A stretch of DNA of 64,000 nucleotides from Vicinamibacteria bacterium (lineage in GTDB: Bacteria > Acidobacteriota > Vicinamibacteria > Marinacidobacterales > Marinacidobacteraceae). The position numbers and the translations under genes are program-made. Positions 18,601 through 26,812 of this stretch are shown piece by piece (positions within the stretch are counted from its first letter, which is position 1; every line of letters begins with the position of its first letter). The stretch spans positions 3,200,001-3,264,000 of the forward strand of contig OY821641.1 of assembly GCA_963555995.3 (NCBI GenBank), read 5' to 3'. A model generated the notes under the pieces. That model saw only the letters and a list, made by a program, of their open reading frames with translations. It did no database searches and was not told the DNA's origin.

Positions 18601-19797
18601 CATGGAGGCTTGGGCAACGGGCCGGCGTTGGGGTCGGCGGCGACGAGCCCGAGGCGCTCGGCGACCATCGAGCCGGGGGGCCGCATGGCGACGCTTCCGG
18701 TAGCCTCGGGAGCTTCGCTGGCGGCGCACCCACTGCGCGCATCCGAGTTCCTCCTGTCATTGGGCGGCGGCCAGGATGCCGAAGAAGGCCACGGACCAGG
18801 GCGGCGATGGCGAGTCTGGGGCCAAGGCGACATCCAGACGTTCCAGGGCGCACCATCGGGCGCCACCAGTTACGACGGCGACCTGCGGACCGGCTACCTG
18901 GGCGTTGACACGCAGGTGACGGACCGCTGGCTGGCGGGCGTGGCGGCAGCGCATGGCCGTGGCGACGGAAACTGGCGCGCGGGCGGGACGGGAGGGTCGC
19001 TGCGGACGATGCTGACGGCCGTTCATCCTTACGTGCAGTGGTCGGACGGGACGACATCGGTTTGGGCGGCAGCCGGCGCTGGTCGGGGCGAGGCGGAAAA
19101 CCTGCGCCGGAGCGGTCGTGCGGGCACGAGCGGACTGGGCCTGCGCCTCGGACTGGTCGAACTGACGCGGCCGCTGGACGCGCGGATCGGCGGCCTGGAG
19201 TTCGCAGTACGGGCCGACGCGGCGTGGGCGGAGCTGCGGACGGACTCGGGCGGGGAGAGCATTGACGGCCAGGCGGCGGCGGTGAACCAGTTGCGCGCCG
19301 GAGCGGAGGTATCGCTACCGGTCCGGTTGGGCGCGGTCCGCCTCGCCGCGTTCGGTGAAGCGCACGCGCGGCGCGACGGCGGTGCGGGCCAGGCGGGTGA
19401 AGGCATTGAGATAGCCGGGGGGCTGCGTGCGGCGGGAGCCGGGGTGCGCGTCGTTGTCCAGGGCCGGATGCTGGGGGTGCACTCGGCGGCGGACTACCGC
19501 GAGCGGGGTGTCGGCGTGACCTTCAGCGTCGGCGGCCAGGACCGGGAGGGGCTGTCGCTGCAGGTGTCGCCGCGCTGGGGAGACACCGTCGCGAGCGGCG
19601 GCGCGCTGTGGCAGGAGCGAGTCCACCGCCATTACCACCTGTCCGGCACGAGGCGGGACGAGTGGTCGCTGGACGCGCGCGGCGCCTACGGTACGCGGTT
19701 GCCGAGCGGCCGGGAGCTGACCTTGACCGGCTCGCTGAGCCACTCGGTCTTCGGCCGCCGTCTTCTGGTCGGCGCGCAGCTCGGCGCCCGTCATTGA
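15664..19797 (+). CDS. Autotransporter-like adhesin: 5 Calx-beta-like repeats, PKD/Ig-like and cadherin-like domains, C-terminal beta-barrel
   Basis: Signal-like GLLLVAVAASLSGFAATDAAAQ (true start may be TTG 15850). Repeats end RILDDD. Cadherin motifs LREN...DPDGD...DFE...VVDVNEPP. Barrel starts near WRVWGQGD. Confidence 0.75.
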   Translation: MSLSPPRKPTIWIRGVDRRTTAVPAGPSTGRLDTIRVTARPTVVGSSHRPVLNPAPPGRTVDLAPRCRSGLLLVAVAASLSGFAATDAAAQQLVLSPTSLQVDEGGTGSFTVTLSALPTDTVTVAITGFSGTDLTLDTTSLSFTTLNWDDAQTVTVTAAQDDDAALDHNTLTLTASGGGFDTATQIGVRINDDDDATLVLSPGFDVDEGDTGSFTVTLSALPTDTVTVSITGFSGTDLTLDETSLTFTTSNWDDAQTVTVTAAQDDDAALDIVILTLSASGGGFDTANQIGVRILDDDQATLVLSSASFRVDEGGTGSFTVKLSAEPTGTVTVTITGFSGTDLTLDNTSLSFTTSNWNDAQTVTVTAAHDDDAVNDFIPLTLSASGGGFDTANQTGVRILDDEEARLVLAPLSFRVAEGGAGSFTVKLSAEPTGTVTVTITGFSGTDLTLDKTSLTFTTSNWNDAQAVTVTAAQDDNAVNEFIALKLTPSGGGFTLSNRRGVRVLDDEEATLVLSSTSFGVDEGGAGSFTVTLGAQPTGTGTVTVTITGFSGTDLTLDKTSLTFTTANWNNAQTVTVTAAQDDDAVLDNVTLTLTPSGGGFDTSNEIDVRILDDDALPPPPTNGPPRVSASCDPCKVRPGGRTELTARASDPDGDPLTYVWRAPAGRFEGATDAATARWAAPEAAGRFTIRVRVSDGDGGSASATVTIEVVNEPPAFDSSEYAFNLRENVDGSRLPVVVGSVVSEDPDGDELGYELASGDASRFAVGERDGVLRYGGPGEDFESEPTRYELVLRVSDPYGAAATARVVVTVVDVNEPPEAVGVIPNQALDEGGDMKTVELAPFFADQDGDALAYRASSSDPSVVAATAAGAVLTLAPLQYGDATVTVTAEDGEGLATAQTFVVGVSDRLVRDVVRNTLAAMTRSQLASARGALGRRVRAGRTEASRLSVQGRRVPLDQGAVRAEAARVLSGLLSSWTTPHGGLGNGPALGSAATSPRRSATIEPGGRMATLPVASGASLAAHPLRASEFLLSLGGGQDAEEGHGPGRRWRVWGQGDIQTFQGAPSGATSYDGDLRTGYLGVDTQVTDRWLAGVAAAHGRGDGNWRAGGTGGSLRTMLTAVHPYVQWSDGTTSVWAAAGAGRGEAENLRRSGRAGTSGLGLRLGLVELTRPLDARIGGLEFAVRADAAWAELRTDSGGESIDGQAAAVNQLRAGAEVSLPVRLGAVRLAAFGEAHARRDGGAGQAGEGIEIAGGLRAAGAGVRVVVQGRMLGVHSAADYRERGVGVTFSVGGQDREGLSLQVSPRWGDTVASGGALWQERVHRHYHLSGTRRDEWSLDARGAYGTRLPSGRELTLTGSLSHSVFGRRLLVGAQLGARH
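15940..17510 (+). repeat. Five intragenic tandem repeats of ~315 bp (105 aa)
   Basis: Units start at 15940, 16255, 16567, 16882 and 17197, with near-identical DNA (e.g. ATCACCGGTTTCAGCGGYACGGACCTGACGTTGGAC). Confidence 0.95.
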
Positions 19798-19809
19798 CGG
19801 CGGCGGGCC

Positions 19810-20120
19810 GAGGGCCATCGGGCAGCTCGGCGTCCGCGCTCGGATCGTCCTGCGGAACACGGTGGAAGGCCGGGCTTTCTGCGCGTCGCACCAGAGCCGG
19901 GTGGTCCTGCCCGCGGCCCGATCGTCTGCCTCGACGACACGCTCCGGCGGCTGGACCTCGGCGAAGGACGCGGACATGATCTATCCGCTCGATGCCGACG
20001 AGACCGGGCCCCCAGGTCGTCGAGACCGACGCCCACGAGGAGCCGCTCGCCGCTGGCGGCAGCTACCGGCAATTCCATGAGTTCGCGTTCGCCGAGGAGG
20101 CGATCCTCGTCGCGGGTTGA
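19810..20120 (+). pseudogene. Decayed chimeric remnant of ABC exporter 3' ends
   Basis: AAGGACGCGGACATGATCTATCCGCTCGATGCCGACGAG matches 13361-13399 (KDADVIYLLDADE). TTCGCCGAGGAGGCGATCCTCGTCGCGGGTTGA matches 15259-15291 (FAEEAILAAG*). Frameshifted. Confidence 0.75.
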
Positions 20121-20122
20121 TA

Positions 20123-20563
20123 ATGCGGGACGTGACCGAACCACTCACTCTCGATCAGGCCGGGGTGCTGGAGGTGCTGCCGCACCGGGAGCCGTTCCTC
20201 TTCGTGCACGGGGTCTCGGATCTCGTGCCGGGGAAGAGCGCGCGGGGGTTCGTGACCGTGCCGGCCGACCACCCGTACACGTTCGGCCAGCCGCACGTCC
20301 CGGCGGGGCTCATCATCGAGGCGATGGCCCAGCTCGGCGGCATCGCGATGCTCTACGAGCGGCGCGACGAGAACATCGTGGCCCTCTTCCGCTCGGTGGC
20401 CGATTTCACGATGGAACGGACGGTCGGCTTCGGCGAACGCCTCGACCTCCACGCCGAGGTCGGGCGCATCCGGGGGCCGTTTGCCGAAGTGAAGACGTCG
20501 GCGAGCACCGGCGGGGACCCAATCGCCTCCGCCACCCTCGCCTTCGCGCTCCCGAAGGAATAG
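20123..20563 (+). CDS. FabZ-like hotdog-fold (3-hydroxyacyl-ACP dehydratase family) protein
   Basis: LPHREPFLFV and GLIIEAMAQ motifs. The canonical GHFP is absent. Confidence 0.75.
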   Translation: MRDVTEPLTLDQAGVLEVLPHREPFLFVHGVSDLVPGKSARGFVTVPADHPYTFGQPHVPAGLIIEAMAQLGGIAMLYERRDENIVALFRSVADFTMERTVGFGERLDLHAEVGRIRGPFAEVKTSASTGGDPIASATLAFALPKE

Positions 20564-20625
20564 CAAGAATCTCTCGGTTCCATGGCCGGTTTCCGCGACA
20601 ACCCCGCCCGTCCGCCAACCTTCGC

Positions 20626-20816
20626 GATGGCAGCGCCGGCCTGGAACGCCGGCTTCAGCCGGCACAGCCCGCCGCAGGCGGGCGGCGGGACGGACCTCAT
20701 GCGCCAGGATGGCTCGGCCGCGCGCGCCAGTGCACCCGCCGGTAGCGACGAACCGCCCGCGGCCCATCGGGCCGCTGTGCCGGCTGAAGCCGGCGTTCCA
20801 AGCCGGCGACGCCATC
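20626..20816. repeat. REPIN-like element (inverted REP pair) between convergent genes
   Basis: REP copies at 20643 (+) and 20777 (-), with internal CCCGCCGCAGGCGGGC hairpin. Confidence 0.85.
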
Positions 20817-20886
20817 ACGGCACTTGGCCAACCCCGCAGGATTGCACCTTCACGGCGAACCGGGTCACGCCGACCTTCGCGCTGCC

Positions 20887-21216
20887 TCAGTGACGGATGT
20901 AGTACCGCACGGACAGCGCGATCCCGATCAGCAACGGAACAAGGGTTCCGGCCTTCGTCCAGGACAACGTCTTCTCCGGCGGCCAGTCCGGGAATGCCCA
21001 CCAGAGCGTCAGGTTGAAAGCGAGGGACAGGGCGGCGCCGGGAGCCAGGCGCCACCCCATGGCCCGATTGAAGCGGTACCAGTCCTCCGGATCCGAGAGG
21101 GTGTCTTCCGTCCGGAAGCCGATGATCCCGTTGGGGGGGATCCTGCCCTGGATGAACAGCGTGGAGAGCGCCAGGATCGCCAGCGGAACGACGTAGCCGA
21201 TCAGGAGGGTTTCCAT
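20887..21216 (-). CDS. SdpI/YhfL-family membrane protein
   Basis: IPPNGIIGFRTEDTLSDPEDWYRFNR matches the SdpI N..GxRT..T....W...N motif. Three TM segments. Confidence 0.75.
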   Translation of the reverse strand: METLLIGYVVPLAILALSTLFIQGRIPPNGIIGFRTEDTLSDPEDWYRFNRAMGWRLAPGAALSLAFNLTLWWAFPDWPPEKTLSWTKAGTLVPLLIGIALSVRYYIRH

Positions 21217-21266
21217 GTTCGGCCAATACAGTACGCGTTGTCCCGGCGCACCGTAGATTTGCCGCA

Positions 21267-22547
21267 ATGACGCTCCCTTCACCAACCGCCCGCCGCGCCC
21301 TCGGGTTGGCCGCCGCCGCGCTGGCGGTGGCCGCGATGGCCGCCGGTCAGGACGACTGGCGCGGATTCCGCGGTCCGCACCGGGACGGGCGGGTCACGGG
21401 ATGGCCGGAGGCGATGGGCGATCCGAACGGGTGGCCGGAATCGCTGGAGCAGCGGTGGCGGATTCCGGTCGGGCTCGGCCACGCGAGCCCGGTGGTCCAC
21501 GACGGGACCGTCTTCGTCTTCACCCGCGAGGGCGGCGAGGAGGTCCTCCGGGCGCTGCGGCCCGCGGACGGGAGCGAGGTGTGGCGCACTTCCTACCCGG
21601 CGCCGTACACCATGAACCCGGCCGCCTTGGGTCACGGCCCGGGCCCGAAGGCGACCCCGGACATCGCCGCCGGCAGGATCTTCACCCTCGGGATCTCGGG
21701 CATCCTCTCCGCGTGGGACACCGGGGACGGCTCGCTGCTCTGGCGCCGCCCGCCGGACCCGCGCTTCGGCGGCGTCGAAGCACCGCTCTTCGGGGCCGGC
21801 AGCTCTCCGGGCGCGTCGCCCGCGGGTGACGTGGTGCTGGCCCACCTCGGCGGGCCGGACAACGGGACGTTCGCCGTGCTCGCCGCCGCGACCGGCGACA
21901 CGGTGTGGGAACACTTTGGCGACGGTCCCGCCTACGTCTCGCCGACCGTGGTGGAGGTGGCCGGGGTCCAGGCGATCCCGACCATGACCGAGGAGCGCAT
22001 CGTCCTCCTCGCCGCCGACGGCCGGGTCCTCTGGGAGATGCCCTTCACCACCCCCTACGACCAGAACATCGTCAACCCGGTCGTGCTGCCCGGGGGCGAG
22101 GTGGTGATCTTCGCGGGGCTCGGGAGCCCGACCTTCGCGGTGCGGTTCCGCGAGGCGTCGGACGGCTCGCTTTCCGGGGAAACGGTCTGGGAGGCCGGCG
22201 AGAGTCCTTTCTACATGAGCAATCCCGTCCTCGCCGGCGACCGCCTGATCGGGTTCTCCGAGCGCAACAGCGGCCAGTTCGTCGCCATGGACCCCCGGAC
22301 CGGAGCGGACATCTGGCGATCCGCGCCCCGGCGGGGCGAAAACGCCGCGCTCCTGGTGGCCGGCAGCGCCGTCCTCGCGCTCACCGACCAGGCCGAACTC
22401 CTCGTCCTGGATCCGGCCGCTTCGACCTTCGATCCGCTCCGCCGCTACGAGGTCGCGCCCAGCCCGACCTGGGCGCATCCGGTCCCGCTCGGGGACGGCC
22501 TCCTCGTCAAGGACGAGACCCACCTGACGCGCTGGGACTTCCGCTGA
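21267..22547 (+). CDS. Secreted PQQ-like beta-propeller repeat protein
   Basis: Signal peptide, DWRGFRGP, repeated 'G..lW' propeller motifs, ASPVV and WAHPV. Confidence 0.85.
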   Translation: MTLPSPTARRALGLAAAALAVAAMAAGQDDWRGFRGPHRDGRVTGWPEAMGDPNGWPESLEQRWRIPVGLGHASPVVHDGTVFVFTREGGEEVLRALRPADGSEVWRTSYPAPYTMNPAALGHGPGPKATPDIAAGRIFTLGISGILSAWDTGDGSLLWRRPPDPRFGGVEAPLFGAGSSPGASPAGDVVLAHLGGPDNGTFAVLAAATGDTVWEHFGDGPAYVSPTVVEVAGVQAIPTMTEERIVLLAADGRVLWEMPFTTPYDQNIVNPVVLPGGEVVIFAGLGSPTFAVRFREASDGSLSGETVWEAGESPFYMSNPVLAGDRLIGFSERNSGQFVAMDPRTGADIWRSAPRRGENAALLVAGSAVLALTDQAELLVLDPAASTFDPLRRYEVAPSPTWAHPVPLGDGLLVKDETHLTRWDFR

Positions 22548-22622
22548 GTAGCGGACTCCGACCCCACACCGCTCGGTAGACTGCGGCCAGTGACTGAGCG
22601 GACGAGGGCGTTCCTGCGGGGG

Positions 22623-22928
22623 ATGGGTAGCCTGTTGGATCTCTACCCCGATCCCCACCTTTACGAGGACCTGATCCCGAAGGGGACGGCTGAGCAGCGC
22701 CTCGCCGGACATTGGTAACGCGTCGGGCAGTACGCGGCGGAGACGAGGCGCGGGCAGTACTTCGGTTTCGCCGCGGCGTTGGCCGCAATGGGCGCGACGG
22801 CCTATCTAGGACATCTGGGGCACGCCGTAGCGGCGGGGGTCGTGGGCGGGATGAGCGTAGTGGGACTTGCGACGGCCTTCGTGATCGGAGGGCGTCGCGC
22901 TTTGACGGACCGGGACGGCCCTGGATAA
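22623..22928 (+). pseudogene. DUF2335-like membrane protein remnant with internal stop
   Basis: One frame reads MGSLLDLYPDPHLYEDLIPKGTAEQR..W* (TAA 22716) then RRGQYFGFAAALAAMGATAYLGHLGHAVAAGVVGGMSVVGLATAFVIG, resembling DUF2335 N- and C-terminal parts. Confidence 0.45.
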
Positions 22929-23022
22929 CCCGCCTTCCGGGCTTCGCCGGAAGGGCACATCGAAGGTCTCTGGAGCATCAGGGTAGAAGTGCTACCTTGC
23001 CTTCTACCTTCGGGGGCGCCAC

Positions 23023-23280
23023 GTGAGTCTGAACATCAAGCGGGAAGAGACCTGCCGGCTGGCCGCGGAACAGGCCGCGCTGACCGGCGAGAACCGGACC
23101 GAGGCGATCACCGTCGCGTTGCGCGAGCGCCTGGAGCGCGTCCGGCGCGAGCGGACGGTCGAGGCCCGGATCCGGGAGTTGGAGACCATCGCCCGGCGCT
23201 GCGCCAGCCTGATGGGGCCGGGGCCGGGTTCCACGGACCACGGCGACTGGCTCTACGACGAGCGGGGGCTCCCGAAGTGA
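23023..23280 (+). CDS. vapB: Type II antitoxin VapB (Rv0623-like)
   Basis: MSLNIK..E..RLA..A.LTGE..TEAI..ALRERL and C-terminal LYDERGLPK. Confidence 0.85.
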   Translation: MSLNIKREETCRLAAEQAALTGENRTEAITVALRERLERVRRERTVEARIRELETIARRCASLMGPGPGSTDHGDWLYDERGLPK

Positions 23281-23349
23281 CCCTGGACACCCCCGGCCGG
23301 CGCGATTGTGGGCAACGACTTCGCCCGGACGGACGTTCGGACCGCCTGA
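23277..23349 (+). pseudogene. vapC: vapC toxin remnant (large internal deletion)
   Basis: GTGA overlap with vapB. Begins VTLDT (PIN N-terminus) and jumps, in another frame, to GNDFARTDVRTA* (PIN C-terminus). Only 73 bp remain. Confidence 0.7.
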
Positions 23350-23374
23350 CTCCTCGGTAGCGAGTCGTCCGCAG

Positions 23375-23698
23375 TCAGACGACCGCGAACTCCGGCGGGG
23401 CGGACCCGGACCAGAGGGGCTCGACCTCGATCTCGGCTTCGCGCTGGCGGACCTGCGCCAGATCGTAGGCGGCCTGCATCCGGGACCAGATTTCCGGGCC
23501 GGTGCGGAACGCCTTGCCGAGACGAATGGCCATCTCGGGCGAAATGCCGGCTCGGCAGTTCACGATGTCAGAGAGCTGGCGGCGGCTGACTCCCAGGCGC
23601 CGCGCCGCCTCCGTCACCGTCAGCCCGAGCGGCTCGAGGCAGTCGTGCCGCACGATCTCTCCGGGATGGCAAGGATTCTTCATCGACATGACCTTCAT
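23375..23698 (-). CDS. higA: HigA-family addiction module antidote (XRE HTH)
   Basis: [29 protein letters not shown]...[10 protein letters not shown]...[16 protein letters not shown] upstream of ATG 23698. Confidence 0.85.
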   Translation of the reverse strand: MKVMSMKNPCHPGEIVRHDCLEPLGLTVTEAARRLGVSRRQLSDIVNCRAGISPEMAIRLGKAFRTGPEIWSRMQAAYDLAQVRQREAEIEVEPLWSGSAPPEFAVV

Positions 23699-23724
23699 AG
23701 CTTTCCATCTCCGGCCCCTGATCG

Positions 23725-24081
23725 CTACCCGGCCTCGAAGCGGCGGCGGAGGCGTTCGACGCGGCGGCGGTTGACCCCGAGGTCGTGGATGCCGATCCGG
23801 GAAGCGGAGCGGACGTGGATGACTCCCTGCTCGCGGCAGAGCAGGAGTTCCAGATCGTCCACGAACCCGATGCGGGTCCGGCACCGGGCGCGGAGGTAGT
23901 CGTCGGTGGCGGTGGTGACGCGGGTGCGCGGCGTGTCCGCCACCAGGCGTTTCAGGCGGGCGAAGGCGGCGTCCGGGTCCGCCGCGCCGTCGAAGGGCGC
24001 GATCCGGTGACGGCGGCGAGGTTCGTCGCGGCTGCGGACGCAGTTCCAGCGGCGGGGACAGGGAGCCAGGTGGCCGGACAC
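23725..24081 (-). CDS. DUF1499 domain protein
   Basis: LAPCP..NCV.S ... GFVDDLE ... [20 protein letters not shown]. Confidence 0.85.
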   Translation of the reverse strand: MSGHLAPCPRRWNCVRSRDEPRRRHRIAPFDGAADPDAAFARLKRLVADTPRTRVTTATDDYLRARCRTRIGFVDDLELLLCREQGVIHVRSASRIGIHDLGVNRRRVERLRRRFEAG

Positions 24082-24095
24082 CGGAACCCGCCGGG

Positions 24096-25298
24096 CTACG
24101 GGCGGTGCAGGCAGGACTCCAGGGCGTCGGCGGCCTGGTGGACGTCCGCGGGCGTCGTCCAGCCGAGGTGCCCGAGGCGGAGGATCCTGTTCGCGAGGCG
24201 GCCGAGGCCCCCGGCGAGGACGATCCCGTGGCGCTCCCGGAGCGCGCGGGAGAGGTCCGGCCAGGAAACGTCCGGGGGCAGCCAGGCGGCGGTCACCGTG
24301 TTCGTGGCGTGCGGTTCGTCCGCGACGAGGCCGAGGCCCAGGGCGCGCAGCCGGGTCCGGGCTGCCTCGGCGGTTTCCGCGTGCCGGCGGAAGACCGCCT
24401 CCCGGCCTTCCTGGAGCAGGAGCCGGATGCCGGCCTCCATGGCGAAGAGCACCGGTACCGCAGGGGTGAACGGCATCGAGCCGCGGGCCAGCGCGTCGCG
24501 GTAGCGGGCGAAGTCCCAGTAGAAGCGCGGCAGGGTCGCGGTCCGGGCCGCCGCGTCGGCGCGGGCGGAGGTCCACACCATCGCCATGCCGGGGGGGAGC
24601 CCCCACGCCTTCTGGGAGGCGGTGAACACCGCGTCGCAGGAATCCACGGCGAGCGGCATCGCGCCGAGGCTGGAGACCGCGTCCACGAGCGCCAGCGCGT
24701 CCGATTCCTCGCGGACCACCCGGAGGAGATCGCCGGCGGGATGGAGCACGGCGGTGGAGGTCTCGCAGTGGGTCAGCAGCACGGCGCGCGGGGGCGGACC
24801 GGCGCGGAGCGCGTCCCGGAGCCGGTCGGGAGCCGCCGCGTCGCCCCACGGGGTGTCGAGGGTCCGGGTTTCGAGGCCGAAGGCTTCCGCCACACCGAGG
24901 AAGCGCTCCGCGAACTGGCCGCCGCCGAGCCCGAGCACCGGGTCGCCGGGGGAGAGCAGGTTGGCGAGCGTGGCCTCCATGGCGCCCGTCCCGGACGCGG
25001 TGAGCAGGACCGGCTGCCGTTCGGTGCCGAGGTAGTCGCAGAAGCCGTCGGCAATGCGGCCGAGCAGCGCCCGGGCTTCGGGTCCCCGGTAGGAGATCAG
25101 CGGCTGCGCCATCGCCGCGGCGACTTCGGGGTGGAGGGGGGTGGGGCCGGGGACGTGGAGACCGGGGGGGATGGGCGCGACGCCGGGAGATACGCCATCC
25201 GGGCGCGTGACGTTCTGCGTGCCGCCCGCCTGCGGCGGGCTGTGCCGGTCTGAAGACCGGCGCTCCCACCGGCGCTCCCACCGGCGCTCCCTGGTCAC
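24096..25298 (-). CDS. Class V PLP aminotransferase (serine-pyruvate/alanine-glyoxylate family)
   Basis: [26 protein letters not shown] and [11 protein letters not shown] (PLP Lys). Start uncertain; GTG 25298 overlaps the upstream stop (GTGA). Confidence 0.85.
   Translation of the reverse strand: MTRERRWERRWERRSSDRHSPPQAGGTQNVTRPDGVSPGVAPIPPGLHVPGPTPLHPEVAAAMAQPLISYRGPEARALLGRIADGFCDYLGTERQPVLLTASGTGAMEATLANLLSPGDPVLGLGGGQFAERFLGVAEAFGLETRTLDTPWGDAAAPDRLRDALRAGPPPRAVLLTHCETSTAVLHPAGDLLRVVREESDALALVDAVSSLGAMPLAVDSCDAVFTASQKAWGLPPGMAMVWTSARADAAARTATLPRFYWDFARYRDALARGSMPFTPAVPVLFAMEAGIRLLLQEGREAVFRRHAETAEAARTRLRALGLGLVADEPHATNTVTAAWLPPDVSWPDLSRALRERHGIVLAGGLGRLANRILRLGHLGWTTPADVHQAADALESCLHRP
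25221..25291. repeat. REP-like palindrome with 3x tandem 12-mer ACCGGCGCTCCC
   Basis: GCCCGCCTGCGGCGGGC hairpin, REP at 25242, tandem units at 25256, 25268 and 25280. Confidence 0.85.
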
Positions 25299-26812
25299 AT
25301 CGTGAGGATGGCGGCGAAGCTGACGATGGAGCGGAAGAAGTGGCCGAGGCGGAGGTTCTCGTTGGGGCTGTGCTGGTTGTTGTCGTGGTTCACCGTGGGG
25401 ACCATGAGCGCCGGGACGCCGAGGGCCTCCACGAAGGGCGCGATCGGCACGGTTCCGCCGCTGGTGCGCTTGCGGACCGGCTCTTCGCCCCAGATCTCCG
25501 TGAGGCTGTCGGTCAGGCGGGCCGCGACCGGGTGGTCGAGCGGGGTGCGGAAGGCGTTCGTGCCCGCGCTGCGGGTCAGCCGCAGCAGCCGGGGGTGTTC
25601 CTCCCGCTCGGCGTCGGTCGGGTCGCGGTCCAGCAGGAACCAGCCCTGTCCCTCGATGAAGTCGCGGACCTTGGCGAACATGGCGTCGGCGGGGGTCTCG
25701 GCGACCAGGCGGACGTCCAAGGCCGCCGTCGCGGTCGCGGGAACGATGGTCCGCGCGTCGCCGCCCACCCACGCGCTCGACAGGCCGCGGACGTTCAGCG
25801 AGGGGAACTGGAGGGCCTCCTGGAGCGAACCACCCACCCGGTCGGCCTCCGCGAATCCGAGCGACCGCCGCATGGCGGGGAGGTCGTCGGGCACCGCGGC
25901 CAGCGCGCGCCGCTCCTCGACGGTGAACTCGATCCCGTCGTAGAACCCCGGGATCGCCACCCGGCCGCCCTCGTCCTTCATCGAGGCGATGAGCTGCGCC
26001 AGCCGGACCGCCGGGTTCGGCGCCCAGTTGCCGTAGTGGCCGCTGTGGAGCGGCACGCGCGGGCCGTACACCACCAGTTCCAGGGTCAGGATGCCGCGGG
26101 CGCCGAAGCTGACCGTGGGCCGGCCGCTCTGGTGGAGCGGGCCGTCGAGGATGAGCATCGCGTCGGCGGCGAACCGGCTCCCGTAGCGGGCGATCGCGGG
26201 GACCAGGTTCGGCGATCCGGCCTCCTCCTCGCCGTCGAGGATCACCTTGAGGTTGCTGGTGACCGTGACGCCGGCCGCGTCGAGCGCGTCGAGCGCGCCG
26301 AGCAGGGCGATGATCGGCGCGGTGTCGTCGGCGACGGAGCGGGCGTAGATGCGGTCGTCGGGGCGGAACACCTCGCTGGCGTGCAGGTCGAGGAGGCCCG
26401 CTCCGTCGGCCAGACTGCCCTCGCGCAGGATCGGTTCGAAGGGGTCTTCCTGTTGCCAGCGGGAGGGATCCACCGGCTGGCCGTCGTAGTGGAAGTAGAT
26501 GAGCAGCGTGCGGTCGGCGTCCGCGGCGGGCCGTTCACCGAAGACGAGCGGGTTGCCGTCGGTCTCGAGGAGCTCGGCCGCGAAGCCGCGCCGCTCGAGG
26601 GAGGCCTCGAGGAACTCCGCCTTCCGCCGGATGTTCGCGGCGTCGGCCGCCACCGACGGGATGGCGACCGCCTCCACCAGCTCGCTCACGAGCGCCCGCT
26701 GCGCCCCGTCCACGTGCCGCTCGACGGTGGTGCGCAGGTCCTGCGCGAGCACCGGAACGGCGAGCGTCAGACCGGCGGCCAGGAGGATCGTCCGCCGGCC
26801 GGTCGCGTTCAC
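25295..26812 (-). CDS. Secreted M20/M25/M40-family metallopeptidase
   Basis: Signal peptide, HYDGQP, ARSVADD, DGEEE, HSGHYG and NQHSPNEN. GTGA overlap with the upstream gene. Confidence 0.9.
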   Translation of the reverse strand: MNATGRRTILLAAGLTLAVPVLAQDLRTTVERHVDGAQRALVSELVEAVAIPSVAADAANIRRKAEFLEASLERRGFAAELLETDGNPLVFGERPAADADRTLLIYFHYDGQPVDPSRWQQEDPFEPILREGSLADGAGLLDLHASEVFRPDDRIYARSVADDTAPIIALLGALDALDAAGVTVTSNLKVILDGEEEAGSPNLVPAIARYGSRFAADAMLILDGPLHQSGRPTVSFGARGILTLELVVYGPRVPLHSGHYGNWAPNPAVRLAQLIASMKDEGGRVAIPGFYDGIEFTVEERRALAAVPDDLPAMRRSLGFAEADRVGGSLQEALQFPSLNVRGLSSAWVGGDARTIVPATATAALDVRLVAETPADAMFAKVRDFIEGQGWFLLDRDPTDAEREEHPRLLRLTRSAGTNAFRTPLDHPVAARLTDSLTEIWGEEPVRKRTSGGTVPIAPFVEALGVPALMVPTVNHDNNQHSPNENLRLGHFFRSIVSFAAILTM

